DNA of 64,000 bases from the NCBI GenBank assembly GCA_017618175.1, contig JAFZUT010000023.1:10996-74995 (forward strand), read 5' to 3'. Below the pieces are notes generated by a model. The model saw only the letters and a list, made by a program, of their open reading frames with translations, ran no database searches and was not told where the DNA came from. Each line of letters starts with the position of its first letter. Within the stretch, counting starts at the first letter, position 1. The DNA comes from Alphaproteobacteria bacterium (GTDB lineage: Bacteria > Pseudomonadota > Alphaproteobacteria > Rs-D84). Below are positions 34,188 through 42,919 of this stretch, one piece after another. The position numbers were made by a program, and so were the translations under genes.

Positions 34188-35813
34188 ATGTTAAAGTATA
34201 TAAAATATTTTATGGCGATATTTGCGGTGACGGTTTTTGCGGGATGCGCTACGCGTGATTCTGCGCGTGTTGCGGCGTCTGTGGACCAAGATTTTGTTAA
34301 TGTGTACGACGCATTTGAAATGGCCAAGAACCCAACGGCCAAGGTTGCCAGTGGTGACACGGTTTCTATGTCCGAAGGCGTTTGGTTGGGTGATAAATCC
34401 ACATTGGTTGAACATAAAAATAATTTGCCGGCCCAATATGAAACCGACAGTGGTATAACAATATTATTAAATGAACCGGTCACTTTGCAGGTTTTGGCAA
34501 ATAACATCAATTCTATTACCCAGATTCCGGTTAAAATCGATAGCCAGGTTGCATCAGAAAAATTAAAGAAAACAATGAATGTTGCCTATACCGGCAAATT
34601 GTCGGGTTTGTTGTCCCAGGTTGCGACAGATTTAGATTTGTTGTGGTATTATGATAAAAGTGCAATTGTTTTCTATGAAACAGAAACCAAGACGTTCACA
34701 CTGTATGCGTTGGGAACAGATGTTTCGTATCAATCAACCGTCCAAACCGATAACGGAAACCAAGTTTATTTGGAATCTACGTTGAAAGAGTGGGACGAGG
34801 TTGAAAGTACAATTTCTTCTATTGTTGGAAAATCTGAAAATGCGAACTTTACTGTGTCGCGCAGTTTGGGAACAATAACGGTCACGGCGCCGCCATCTGT
34901 GTTGAACCGCGTTGGTGATTATATCGCGCGTCAAAATAAACGTTTATCGCAATTGGTTACCATTGATGTCAAGGTTTTGCAGGTGTCTATTTCAAACAAC
35001 TCGGCATTTGGGTTGAATTTGGCGGCGGCAATTAATTCGGCATCGGGATTGAACATAGTTGCAAATCCAAAAAATAACCTTGGAAATCCGGAAACCAGTT
35101 CTATGAATATCGCGGTTCTGTCGAATACTGTGTCGGCATTGACCGGGGCAACACATATGGAAAATGGGTCATCGGTTGCCGGTGCATATACCCAAGACCA
35201 GATAAACAATGGTTCGTTGTCTGCGATGGCGGGCAGTACCGCACTTATCGAAGCGTTGGCGAAACAAGGCAAGGTTTCATTGGTGACAAATGTCGGTGTG
35301 ACCACGCGTAATAACCGCGTTGCGCCGGTGAATAATACCAAGAGCACCGGATACATCAAACGATTTGAATCGCGGAACTTTACGACGGTCGAATCCAGTA
35401 CCGTTGACCAAGATAATTTGGAAACCGGGTTTTCGATGCAATTGTTGCCGAACGTTTTGGAAAACGGCAAGATATTGTTGTTATTCCGGATGTCGGTGCG
35501 TGAATTGTTAAAGATGGCAACCCAGACCATTGGCGAGGTCACATTGCAATTGCCCGAGGTTGAAGAACGCAGTTTTATGCAGGAAGTTATTATGGAATCG
35601 GGTCAAATGTTGGTTGTGTCCGGTTTTGAAAAGCAAACAAACAATGACACAAGATACGGCCTTGGTGACCCAGACTTTATGTTGTTGTCCGGTTCGCGTG
35701 GAACGGAATCAACGCGTGATGTTTTGGTTGTTATCTTAACGCCCCAGGTTTTGGTCAGCCCGATGGATGCAGAACGAAGTATTCAACAGCATTGGGGGGC
35801 ACCGTTGAATTAA
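34188..35813 (+). CDS. Lipoprotein secretin (PilN/TcpC-like, type IVb-pilus-type outer-membrane channel)
   Basis: Lipobox VFAGC. C-terminal secretin domain (VTIDVKVLQVS..., LVTNVGVTTRNNRVAPV, VVSGFEKQT..., DVLVVILTPQVL). Confidence 0.78.
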   Translation: MLKYIKYFMAIFAVTVFAGCATRDSARVAASVDQDFVNVYDAFEMAKNPTAKVASGDTVSMSEGVWLGDKSTLVEHKNNLPAQYETDSGITILLNEPVTLQVLANNINSITQIPVKIDSQVASEKLKKTMNVAYTGKLSGLLSQVATDLDLLWYYDKSAIVFYETETKTFTLYALGTDVSYQSTVQTDNGNQVYLESTLKEWDEVESTISSIVGKSENANFTVSRSLGTITVTAPPSVLNRVGDYIARQNKRLSQLVTIDVKVLQVSISNNSAFGLNLAAAINSASGLNIVANPKNNLGNPETSSMNIAVLSNTVSALTGATHMENGSSVAGAYTQDQINNGSLSAMAGSTALIEALAKQGKVSLVTNVGVTTRNNRVAPVNNTKSTGYIKRFESRNFTTVESSTVDQDNLETGFSMQLLPNVLENGKILLLFRMSVRELLKMATQTIGEVTLQLPEVEERSFMQEVIMESGQMLVVSGFEKQTNNDTRYGLGDPDFMLLSGSRGTESTRDVLVVILTPQVLVSPMDAERSIQQHWGAPLN

Positions 35814-35821
35814 AATATTAC

Positions 35822-35848
35822 AAGCCACCCTCGGGTGGCTTTAATTTT
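35822..35848 (+). terminator. Intrinsic terminator after the secretin gene
   Basis: AAGCCACC-ctcg-GGTGGCTT followed by TAATTTT. Confidence 0.65.
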
Positions 35849-35877
35849 GAAATGAATAACGAACCAAGGAGGTATAT

Positions 35878-36231
35878 ATGGGTGTATTTAAAAAGAATAA
35901 ATCAAAAAAATACAAACCCCCGTCAAGCAATCACGAATTAAATAAAATACGTGAAGAAAATTTTAATTATATATCCAATATTGTGTCAAAATGTCATCAT
36001 GTTAAATTTGTTGATGATGGAAATACCATAATTTTTGCAGGGGGTTATAAATTTACTGTGCGCGATGGGCACAGATGCGTGTTATGTCCAAATGGGACGT
36101 TGGTTGATATGTCGCGCATTCAAATAGATAAAATATACGGTCTTATAATGGAACGACAGAGTTTTTTGATGCATCACCTAAGGTCAAGAATTATGGTGGA
36201 ACATATCAGGGGCCTTAGACACAGGTTTTGA
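35878..36231 (+). CDS. Hypothetical small protein (117 aa), paralog of the next gene
   Basis: GGAGG RBS. Shares the GY-x-[FV]...G..V...[ND]G.....IDK[IL][YF] pattern with 36296-36634. Confidence 0.55.
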   Translation: MGVFKKNKSKKYKPPSSNHELNKIREENFNYISNIVSKCHHVKFVDDGNTIIFAGGYKFTVRDGHRCVLCPNGTLVDMSRIQIDKIYGLIMERQSFLMHHLRSRIMVEHIRGLRHRF

Positions 36232-36295
36232 CGGAAAAAATAGTTGTGTTTTGTTTATGCGGTGTTTAATATGTTAATATCTTAAAGGAGTTTTT

Positions 36296-36634
36296 ATGGG
36301 TGCGAACATACAGGTTTCGGTTGAGGTCACAGACCCGCTTGGTCGATTACATGGCGGTTTTAATGCGAATGTCGAGAAGGGAATTTTTAACGTTTTGGCG
36401 GATTTAATTAAAATAGACAATATTGTTTGGGACCCGGTTGGTGCGTTCTTTTCCCTGTCGTGCGGTTACAGTGTTCATAAATATCAGGCCGGTGGTGGCG
36501 CGGTGTATGATTCGGATGGCGCGGAAATATTTTTAACACAAAATCATATTGATAAACTGTTTGCGATGGCGACCGCCAAAAGGAATGGACGTACGCGCAG
36601 ATTATCGCCTTTGGGTGACGGTCACAGTAAATAA
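36296..36634 (+). CDS. Hypothetical small protein (112 aa), paralog of the previous gene
   Basis: AAGGAG RBS. Pattern as described for 35878-36231. Confidence 0.55.
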   Translation: MGANIQVSVEVTDPLGRLHGGFNANVEKGIFNVLADLIKIDNIVWDPVGAFFSLSCGYSVHKYQAGGGAVYDSDGAEIFLTQNHIDKLFAMATAKRNGRTRRLSPLGDGHSK

Positions 36635-36665
36635 TCCGGTTGTTGATTTTTTTCCAAGAACAAAA

Positions 36666-36697
36666 GGCGTGCAAAAAAATGCACGCCGAATTTTTTA
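36666..36697. terminator. Bidirectional intrinsic terminator
   Basis: GGCGTGCA-aaaaaa-TGCACGCC flanked by A- and T-runs, between convergent genes. Confidence 0.75.
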
Positions 36698-36706
36698 ATG
36701 GTTTAA

Positions 36707-36967
36707 CTAGGCCATTTTGGCGGCCGCGCGTGTTAAACGAGAAACCTTGCGTGAGGCGCGTTTTTTCGGCATTGTTTTGCCGGCGGCCTTCATCATTTTG
36801 CTTTCCGCACTGCGCACCGCGGTGACCGCCGCGGCCTTGTCACCCGAAGCGATGGCTTTCAGTGCCTTTTTGTTTTCTGTTTTAACAGCACTGCGACGTG
36901 CAGTATTTACGGCGTTCTTTTTCGCCGTGACCAAGATTCTTTTTTTAGATGATTTGTGGTTTGCCAC
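36707..36967 (-). CDS. rpsT: 30S ribosomal protein S20
   Basis: MANHKSSKKRILVTAKKNAVNTARRSAVKT..., a typical S20 sequence. Confidence 0.9.
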   Translation of the reverse strand: MANHKSSKKRILVTAKKNAVNTARRSAVKTENKKALKAIASGDKAAAVTAVRSAESKMMKAAGKTMPKKRASRKVSRLTRAAAKMA

Positions 36968-37050
36968 TTTATTTTCCTTTTATTTGTTTTTGTTTTTTGA
37001 TATTTTATAGAAAACAAACATAAAATCAAGGGAAAAAAGGAAAAATAGAA

Positions 37051-37638
37051 ATGTTATATATATTGGGAATAATTGTGTCTTATTTGATGGGTTCCGTGCC
37101 GTTTGGGGTGTTGGTGACACGTTGGTCGGGACATGGTGACCTGCGCCGGGTCGGCAGTGGCAATATCGGTGCGGCAAATGTTATGCGGGCCGGTGGGTTC
37201 AAATTGGGTTTGTTGACATGGGTTCTTGATATGGCGAAAGTGATATTCCCGGTGTTAATTGGTTTATATATCGGTGGCATCGGTTTTGCCGCGTGGTGTG
37301 GTTTTGCGGCCGTATTCGGGCATTGCTTTCCGGTGTGGTTGAGGTTCCACGGGGGCAAAGGTGTATCATGTTTGTTTGGCGTTATGTTGGTGATAAACCC
37401 GTTAATGTTCGTTATTTGCGGAATTGAATGGTTGGTCGTTGCGTTGTCTTTGGGTTATTCTTCATTGGCATCGTTGGTGGTATTTTTGGTTGCGCCGATT
37501 TTGGGTTTTGTTATTGGAACAAATGTTGGATTGGCATTGTTGATGATAAGTTTGATTGGTATATGGCGGCACCATGAAAATATAGGTCGATTGGTCGGTG
37601 GTACAGAATCAAAACTGTCTTGGCGGTGGAAAAAATAA
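37051..37638 (+). CDS. plsY: Glycerol-3-phosphate acyltransferase PlsY
   Basis: GSVPFGVL and GSGNIGAANVMRAGG motifs. Polytopic membrane protein. Confidence 0.9.
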   Translation: MLYILGIIVSYLMGSVPFGVLVTRWSGHGDLRRVGSGNIGAANVMRAGGFKLGLLTWVLDMAKVIFPVLIGLYIGGIGFAAWCGFAAVFGHCFPVWLRFHGGKGVSCLFGVMLVINPLMFVICGIEWLVVALSLGYSSLASLVVFLVAPILGFVIGTNVGLALLMISLIGIWRHHENIGRLVGGTESKLSWRWKK

Positions 37639-37720
37639 GGTGCCGGCCTTTTATCCTTTATTTTATAGCGTTTTTGTGGTATAATAACTGCGTTAAGTTG
37701 TATTTGATGGAGGGTTTACA

Positions 37721-38551
37721 ATGAAAAAGTTTTTTGCCGTATTGTTTATGGCCGTGCCGGTTGTTGCGGTGGCCGCGGATGCGCGTGACCCGCGTGTGGG
37801 CACGACCAGTATGGTGAACGCAAAATTTGCGCCGGCACAGAATAGGGCGATGATTGCGTCTAAAAATCAATTGACCACGCCAGATATTTCTTTAAGTACG
37901 AATCGTTCGCCAAGTATAAAAGATGACGATGTTGGACCGGCGTTCCCAAAAGATACAGAAAAAGACAAACGTGAAGCCGAACGCGCGGCGTGTTTGAATA
38001 ATAATATCGGTATTGGAAATACTTTTGTTTGGGCGTCGCGGTACAGCAACACAGCCAGTTATGCAACCATGCAAGAAGATACAGAAAACCCGGAAAACAA
38101 TGTATGTTTTGTCAAAGTGGATTTGAAATCGGCCGATTCGCGTATAAATGTTTCTGATATTCCATCGCGGTATTTCCAATGGGGCGAAACAATCAATTGT
38201 GGTTCTTGGGTGGATGAAGAAATGTTGAAGCAACGCATTTTGGATGCCAAGAAAAAGGGCCGTACATGGGCAACGGTTGGTGGCGCGGTTGGTGGCGCGG
38301 CCGTTGGTGTTGGTTCTATGGAATTGTTCGGGAATAAATTGATTGGTGGTGCGGTCGAAGGCCAAAAGGATTTAAGTGGTATACCGCTTTTGCGTTCGCA
38401 ACTGTTAACGTTAAAGAATAAAGGTGATTCGCGTTACGAAGAATTCAAGACTGATTTGAAGGCGTTAAAGACTGCGTGCGACAAATTCAAAAGTTCGGGT
38501 GGCACATTACCAAGTGAATGCACAGAATTTGAATCTTTGATGGATATCTAA
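37721..38551 (+). CDS. Hypothetical secreted protein with a Gly-zipper hydrophobic segment
   Basis: Signal peptide MKKFFAVLFMAVPVVAVAA and a WATVGGAVGGAAVGVGS segment. No motif recognised. Confidence 0.5.
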   Translation: MKKFFAVLFMAVPVVAVAADARDPRVGTTSMVNAKFAPAQNRAMIASKNQLTTPDISLSTNRSPSIKDDDVGPAFPKDTEKDKREAERAACLNNNIGIGNTFVWASRYSNTASYATMQEDTENPENNVCFVKVDLKSADSRINVSDIPSRYFQWGETINCGSWVDEEMLKQRILDAKKKGRTWATVGGAVGGAAVGVGSMELFGNKLIGGAVEGQKDLSGIPLLRSQLLTLKNKGDSRYEEFKTDLKALKTACDKFKSSGGTLPSECTEFESLMDI

Positions 38552-38572
38552 GGCATTCTACATATTATATAT

Positions 38573-38595
38573 AACGCCCCACGGGGCGTTTTTTC
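38573..38595 (+). terminator. Intrinsic terminator
   Basis: CGCCC-cacg-GGGCG followed by T6. Confidence 0.7.
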
Positions 38596-38632
38596 TTGCG
38601 GTTTGCATAAAAAAGATTTTATAGTGCGGAAT

Positions 38633-39646
38633 ATGAAAGATTTGTTTGAACGTTTATTGATACTGCGATCGCCAAAAATTGGCCCGGCATCTTATAATAA
38701 TTTGTTGCGTCAATTTGGGTCTGATGCGGCGATTTTGGAACATATGAATGTTTCGGTTGAATTGCGCGATTCTGTTTCGCGGGAAATGGATTTGGCCAAT
38801 CGGTTAAATGTGCGTTTTATTTGTGATACAGACGAAGTTTATCCGGCGCACCTTAAATCCATAAAAAATCATCCGCCAATTTTGACCGCACGTGGGAACA
38901 TTGAAACTTTGCGTTGCGAATCGGTTGCGATTGTTGGAACGCGTCATGCAACCGGTGGCGGGATGAATTTTGTGGCCGATATTGCGTGCGCATTTGCCGA
39001 ACATAATGTTGCGGTTGTATCGGGTATGGCGATGGGAACAGACGCGGCCGCGCATCGTGGTGCGTTGCGCGCGGCGGGCGATATGAACACTGTTGCGGTT
39101 TTGGCGGGCGGGGTGGATTATATATGGCCCGTTGAAAATGAAAGATTGTATTATGAAATACTGGAACGCGGTGTTGTGGTCAGTGATATGCCCGTCGGGT
39201 TCGTACCCAAGGGAACAAATTTCGTGCAAAGAAATCGCATAATTGCCGGAATCGGTGAAAAACTTATTTTGTCTGAGGCCGATTCGAATTCAGGCAGTAT
39301 GAAAACCGCAGAATTCGCACAAGAATATGGTCGCAAAATTTATGCGATTCCGTCACATCCGGCGGATTCCCGTGCGGTTGGACCCAATTCACTGATTCGG
39401 TCGGGCGCGGCAATTTTGTGTATGGGTGCGACAGACTTCTTTACAGAAAAAAATTCTGTAAAGAAAACAGAAAAAACGCGCGAATCGGAAAACCCGATTT
39501 TGGATAAAATTGGAACCGTTCCGGTATCGGAATCTGTATTGGCAGAAATTGTCGGAAAAAGTATTCTGGAAATAAAACGCGAATTGGTGATGTTAGAATT
39601 ACAAGGTTTGATTCGAAAATGTGATTCGGGATATGTTCGTGCGTGA
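38633..39646 (+). CDS. dprA: DNA-processing protein DprA
   Basis: Rossmann-like core VAIVGTRHATGGG...VVSGMAMGTDAAAHRGAL...VLAGGVD...QRNRIIAG. ATG 38633 is preferred over TTG 38603. Confidence 0.85.
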   Translation: MKDLFERLLILRSPKIGPASYNNLLRQFGSDAAILEHMNVSVELRDSVSREMDLANRLNVRFICDTDEVYPAHLKSIKNHPPILTARGNIETLRCESVAIVGTRHATGGGMNFVADIACAFAEHNVAVVSGMAMGTDAAAHRGALRAAGDMNTVAVLAGGVDYIWPVENERLYYEILERGVVVSDMPVGFVPKGTNFVQRNRIIAGIGEKLILSEADSNSGSMKTAEFAQEYGRKIYAIPSHPADSRAVGPNSLIRSGAAILCMGATDFFTEKNSVKKTEKTRESENPILDKIGTVPVSESVLAEIVGKSILEIKRELVMLELQGLIRKCDSGYVRA

Positions 39647-40036
39647 TAAAAAAATTGTCTATACAGTGTATATACAAAGCGCAGAAATCTGGTAAAAAAA
39701 CGAATCGTGTCAAAAAATAAATTTGAAAAAATTTATTAATATTTGGTTGTAAATGGAAATGAATCTTATACATTGTTTCACGTAGTCAGGACAAGTAAGG
39801 AAAGGCGGAATTGGTTTTGTGATAGACGTATGAAAAACAGTTCTGATGTTATGGTAAAAAGTTAGGTTTCAAAACAAGAAGAAAAGGCGAGAGAGCACGG
39901 TAGGAAAAAAACATAAACAGACGTTAAATTTTATTCAAATATTTTTGTTTGGTAATTTTTGGCGTTTGTATGCGGGTGGCTTTTGCACACCTTAACAACC
40001 GGCAGGAAACTCTTTCGAAAACAAAGGAGAAACGGC

Positions 40037-41311
40037 ATGCAGGCAGCAAGTTTGACAAGACAGGTAAATCCGGACGAAATCAAATCTGCGATTTCATCTA
40101 GAATGGATGCGGCCTGTTTTTCCGCCTGGATCGCGCCATTAAGTTTTAATTTGTTTGATAATGTTTTGGAATTGTGTGCGCCGAATCAGTTTACTGCGGA
40201 TTTTGTTTCAATGACGCACATGGGGGTATTGAATGCAGTCGCGGCCGAATATGGATTGGATGTACGTATTTCGGTCGCACAACCCAAGACCATTGTTTGC
40301 AAAAACGCAAATGATAATAATGCACAAACATATTCTGCGCCGGCCGAAAAAAATAATGCCGGCGATTTTGATTCTTTTATCACGTACGAAGAAAACGCAT
40401 TTGTATTATCTGCGTGCAAGAAAATGGCGGCGGGGGCGGCAACATTTTCACCGTTGTTTATTTATGGGCCGGCGGGATGTGGAAAAACCGTTTTGGCGGC
40501 GGCAATCAATGGTGCGTCAAATGGGCGGGTCGTTATGATGTCGGGTGCGATGTTTGTGGCTGAATTTGCACGTGCGTTACATGACCGCACAATATTTGCG
40601 TTCAAAGATTATTGTCGTAATTGTGATACATTCATTTTAGATGATGTCCAGGTTTTGTCCGGCAAACGCGCCACATGCGAAGAATTTTTGCAATTGATAA
40701 TTGATTTGCGGGCGGCCGGTAAAAATATTGTTTTAACATCTAATGCTGCGCCGGGTAATTTAACAGGTTTTGATCATCGGGTTCAATCTTTGTTCGCATC
40801 GGGTTTGGTTGTGGATGTTGTTGCGCCAACGCGTGCGGTGCGCCGTGAAATGTTTGTTCGGGCCGGCGTGAATTCAAAATTGGCCGATACAATTGCGGGC
40901 CGCGTTCCGGCCGATGGTCACGTGACTTCCGGCGTTGTGAACAAGATTCGTGCGTATACGGAAATTATGGGTGCGGGTATAGATGAAACAATCGTTGAAA
41001 AATTATTGGCGGACACATTAAAGAAATCTAAATCGCCGATTGTAATGGTAAAATCTATGTGTGAAAAATTGGGCGTGTCGTATGATGCGGTGTGTAGTTC
41101 GGGGCGCGCGCGCGCATTGGTATTGGCGCGTCAAATGATGATGGTTGTGTTGAAAAACGTAACGGGTTTGTCTTTGGCGGAAATTGGTGAATATGTTGGC
41201 GGTCGTGATCATGCGACGGTTATGTACGGAATTGATAGAATTGAAAAATTGTTGACGACCGATTTGGTAATGTCTGCGACAATTGCCGAGATGATAGAAG
41301 AATATAAATAA
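40037..41311 (+). CDS. dnaA: Chromosomal replication initiator DnaA (short form, 424 aa)
   Basis: AAGGAG RBS before ATG 40037. Walker A GPAGCGKT, Walker B FILDDVQ, and the C-terminal DNA-binding helix GGRDHATVMYG. Confidence 0.9.
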   Translation: MQAASLTRQVNPDEIKSAISSRMDAACFSAWIAPLSFNLFDNVLELCAPNQFTADFVSMTHMGVLNAVAAEYGLDVRISVAQPKTIVCKNANDNNAQTYSAPAEKNNAGDFDSFITYEENAFVLSACKKMAAGAATFSPLFIYGPAGCGKTVLAAAINGASNGRVVMMSGAMFVAEFARALHDRTIFAFKDYCRNCDTFILDDVQVLSGKRATCEEFLQLIIDLRAAGKNIVLTSNAAPGNLTGFDHRVQSLFASGLVVDVVAPTRAVRREMFVRAGVNSKLADTIAGRVPADGHVTSGVVNKIRAYTEIMGAGIDETIVEKLLADTLKKSKSPIVMVKSMCEKLGVSYDAVCSSGRARALVLARQMMMVVLKNVTGLSLAEIGEYVGGRDHATVMYGIDRIEKLLTTDLVMSATIAEMIEEYK

Positions 41312-41369
41312 TTGCTTGGTATTTTTCCCGCAATATGGTAAAATATTTGCAAAGTAGGAGCGGGAAGAT

Positions 41370-42389
41370 ATGAAAAAATTTCTTGTGTTTTTTGTGTTTT
41401 TATTTGGACTGGCGTGCAGCGCGATGGCGGGGTATCAGGGCAACCAACCAGACCAAAAAGGTGGCGATGGTAGTTGTATTTTGAAGCCAGATGATATAAA
41501 CAGTGAACCTTATGCGGTTTATTTCAAGACCGCGGAAGATATGGTGTCGAATGAATGCAAAGATGATTTTGAATCTGTAAAAAGTGAATTGGCAAATTTG
41601 TATGCGGGTAATGGTATAGCATATTTTGTTGTTATTGGCAGTGCAGACCAACAAGGTGATAAAGATGCCTATGATAATTCTGGTTTATCCAATAGACGTC
41701 GTACGTACGTTGTAAATAATATTTTGCCAACGGGCGCGAAGGTTGAATCTGTGGGGTGGGTCGCAGGTAGTGCAACCGCCAGGAAATTTGAACCGCAGTA
41801 TACCGGAAACTGGACATACCGCAGTGTATATATTTACCCGGTATGGGCGCGGAATATGTGCACGGCAGAACAGATAAATAATATGAAAGCAAACCTGAAT
41901 ATGTTGACGGATGCGTCCAAGAAGTATCCTGATAGTGCAGATATTAAAAAATTGATTAGTAATTACCAGGCGGCTTTGGGTATATGTACTGAACCGAATA
42001 AGACTTTAACAAAAGGGGAAACCGAAAAGTTGGTCGATTTGTTGATAGATTCGATGGCGTTGATAGAAACCGTGAACACGCAATATAATATTGGTCTTAG
42101 TCAGACAACGGTTGTTAATGCCGATATCAGTAAATATTATTCACGGTTGACCCAATTGCGGGACAGTTTGAAAGTGTCGGCGTGGCGTGATGCCGAAGGT
42201 AATTTTAATACGGCGCGCCTTGCATCTGATTCTATTGCCGGTGTGGTGTTGGGGACCGTGGGTGGAATCGTCACCAGTAAATTGGTTAAAAAGAATCAAT
42301 TAAAGCGCGGTTTTGAAGATTTGTCTTGTAATGTCGGTGGACAAAAGGTCGCAGATTATGGCGATACTTTCCGCGTAGGATTACAATAA
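41370..42389 (+). CDS. Hypothetical secreted/membrane protein with an OmpA-like motif
   Basis: Signal peptide. VVIGSADQQGDKDAYDNSGLSNRRRTYVVNNIL resembles the OmpA_C peptidoglycan-binding motif. C-terminal Gly-zipper TM. Confidence 0.45.
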   Translation: MKKFLVFFVFLFGLACSAMAGYQGNQPDQKGGDGSCILKPDDINSEPYAVYFKTAEDMVSNECKDDFESVKSELANLYAGNGIAYFVVIGSADQQGDKDAYDNSGLSNRRRTYVVNNILPTGAKVESVGWVAGSATARKFEPQYTGNWTYRSVYIYPVWARNMCTAEQINNMKANLNMLTDASKKYPDSADIKKLISNYQAALGICTEPNKTLTKGETEKLVDLLIDSMALIETVNTQYNIGLSQTTVVNADISKYYSRLTQLRDSLKVSAWRDAEGNFNTARLASDSIAGVVLGTVGGIVTSKLVKKNQLKRGFEDLSCNVGGQKVADYGDTFRVGLQ

Positions 42390-42403
42390 GTTTGATAGCA
42401 ATT

Positions 42404-42431
42404 AAAAATCCCAATTTTTGGGATTTTTTTA
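42404..42431. terminator. Bidirectional A/T-flanked hairpin between convergent genes
   Basis: AAAATCCCAA-ttt-TTGGGATTTT. Confidence 0.6.
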
Positions 42432-42857
42432 TTTTTTGGAAAGTGTCTGCAATGCGCCACGAATTCCATCAAATGCGCTTTTGCGTTTATTATACGTTTT
42501 GACCAAATCTTCCATGGCGGTGATTGTTAAATGTTGTTGCCAATCTTGGTCGTGAATTTCAACATCTGCATTTGGAAATAATGTGATAAGTGCGTGACCG
42601 TCCGTGGCAATATATTCTATGACGGTGCGGGCATCACGATTTGTCATCGGGAACAATACCGGGTATTGTTCAATCATACGTTTGGCGGGACGTTCCGCAA
42701 AAAGTTTTGTCATTTTTGGGGTATCTGTGACAACATTGCCATTGATTTTTTCAATCGGCAATAATATGCCGTTCAGCGTATAGTTTGTCGGTTGCTTACT
42801 CAATTTTGCCATATCTATCATATATTCGTTTTTGAAAGGTGTCACTTTCTTGGCCAT
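42429..42857 (-). CDS. Hypothetical protein (142 aa)
   Basis: ORF downstream of parE. No motif recognised. Confidence 0.45.
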   Translation of the reverse strand: MAKKVTPFKNEYMIDMAKLSKQPTNYTLNGILLPIEKINGNVVTDTPKMTKLFAERPAKRMIEQYPVLFPMTNRDARTVIEYIATDGHALITLFPNADVEIHDQDWQQHLTITAMEDLVKTYNKRKSAFDGIRGALQTLSKK

Positions 42858-42919
42858 ATTCGCCCCCTTTGGTTCACAAGCCCAGGAAAATATATAACAA
42901 ATTTGAAAAATGTCAACAG

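Noticed and set aside
39647-40036. Possible oriC upstream of dnaA
   Set aside because: I saw no clusters of recognisable DnaA boxes, only 2-3-mismatch matches such as TTTTGCACA. dnaN is not adjacent, and in many alphaproteobacteria the origin is not next to dnaA. This cannot be decided without whole-replicon GC skew.
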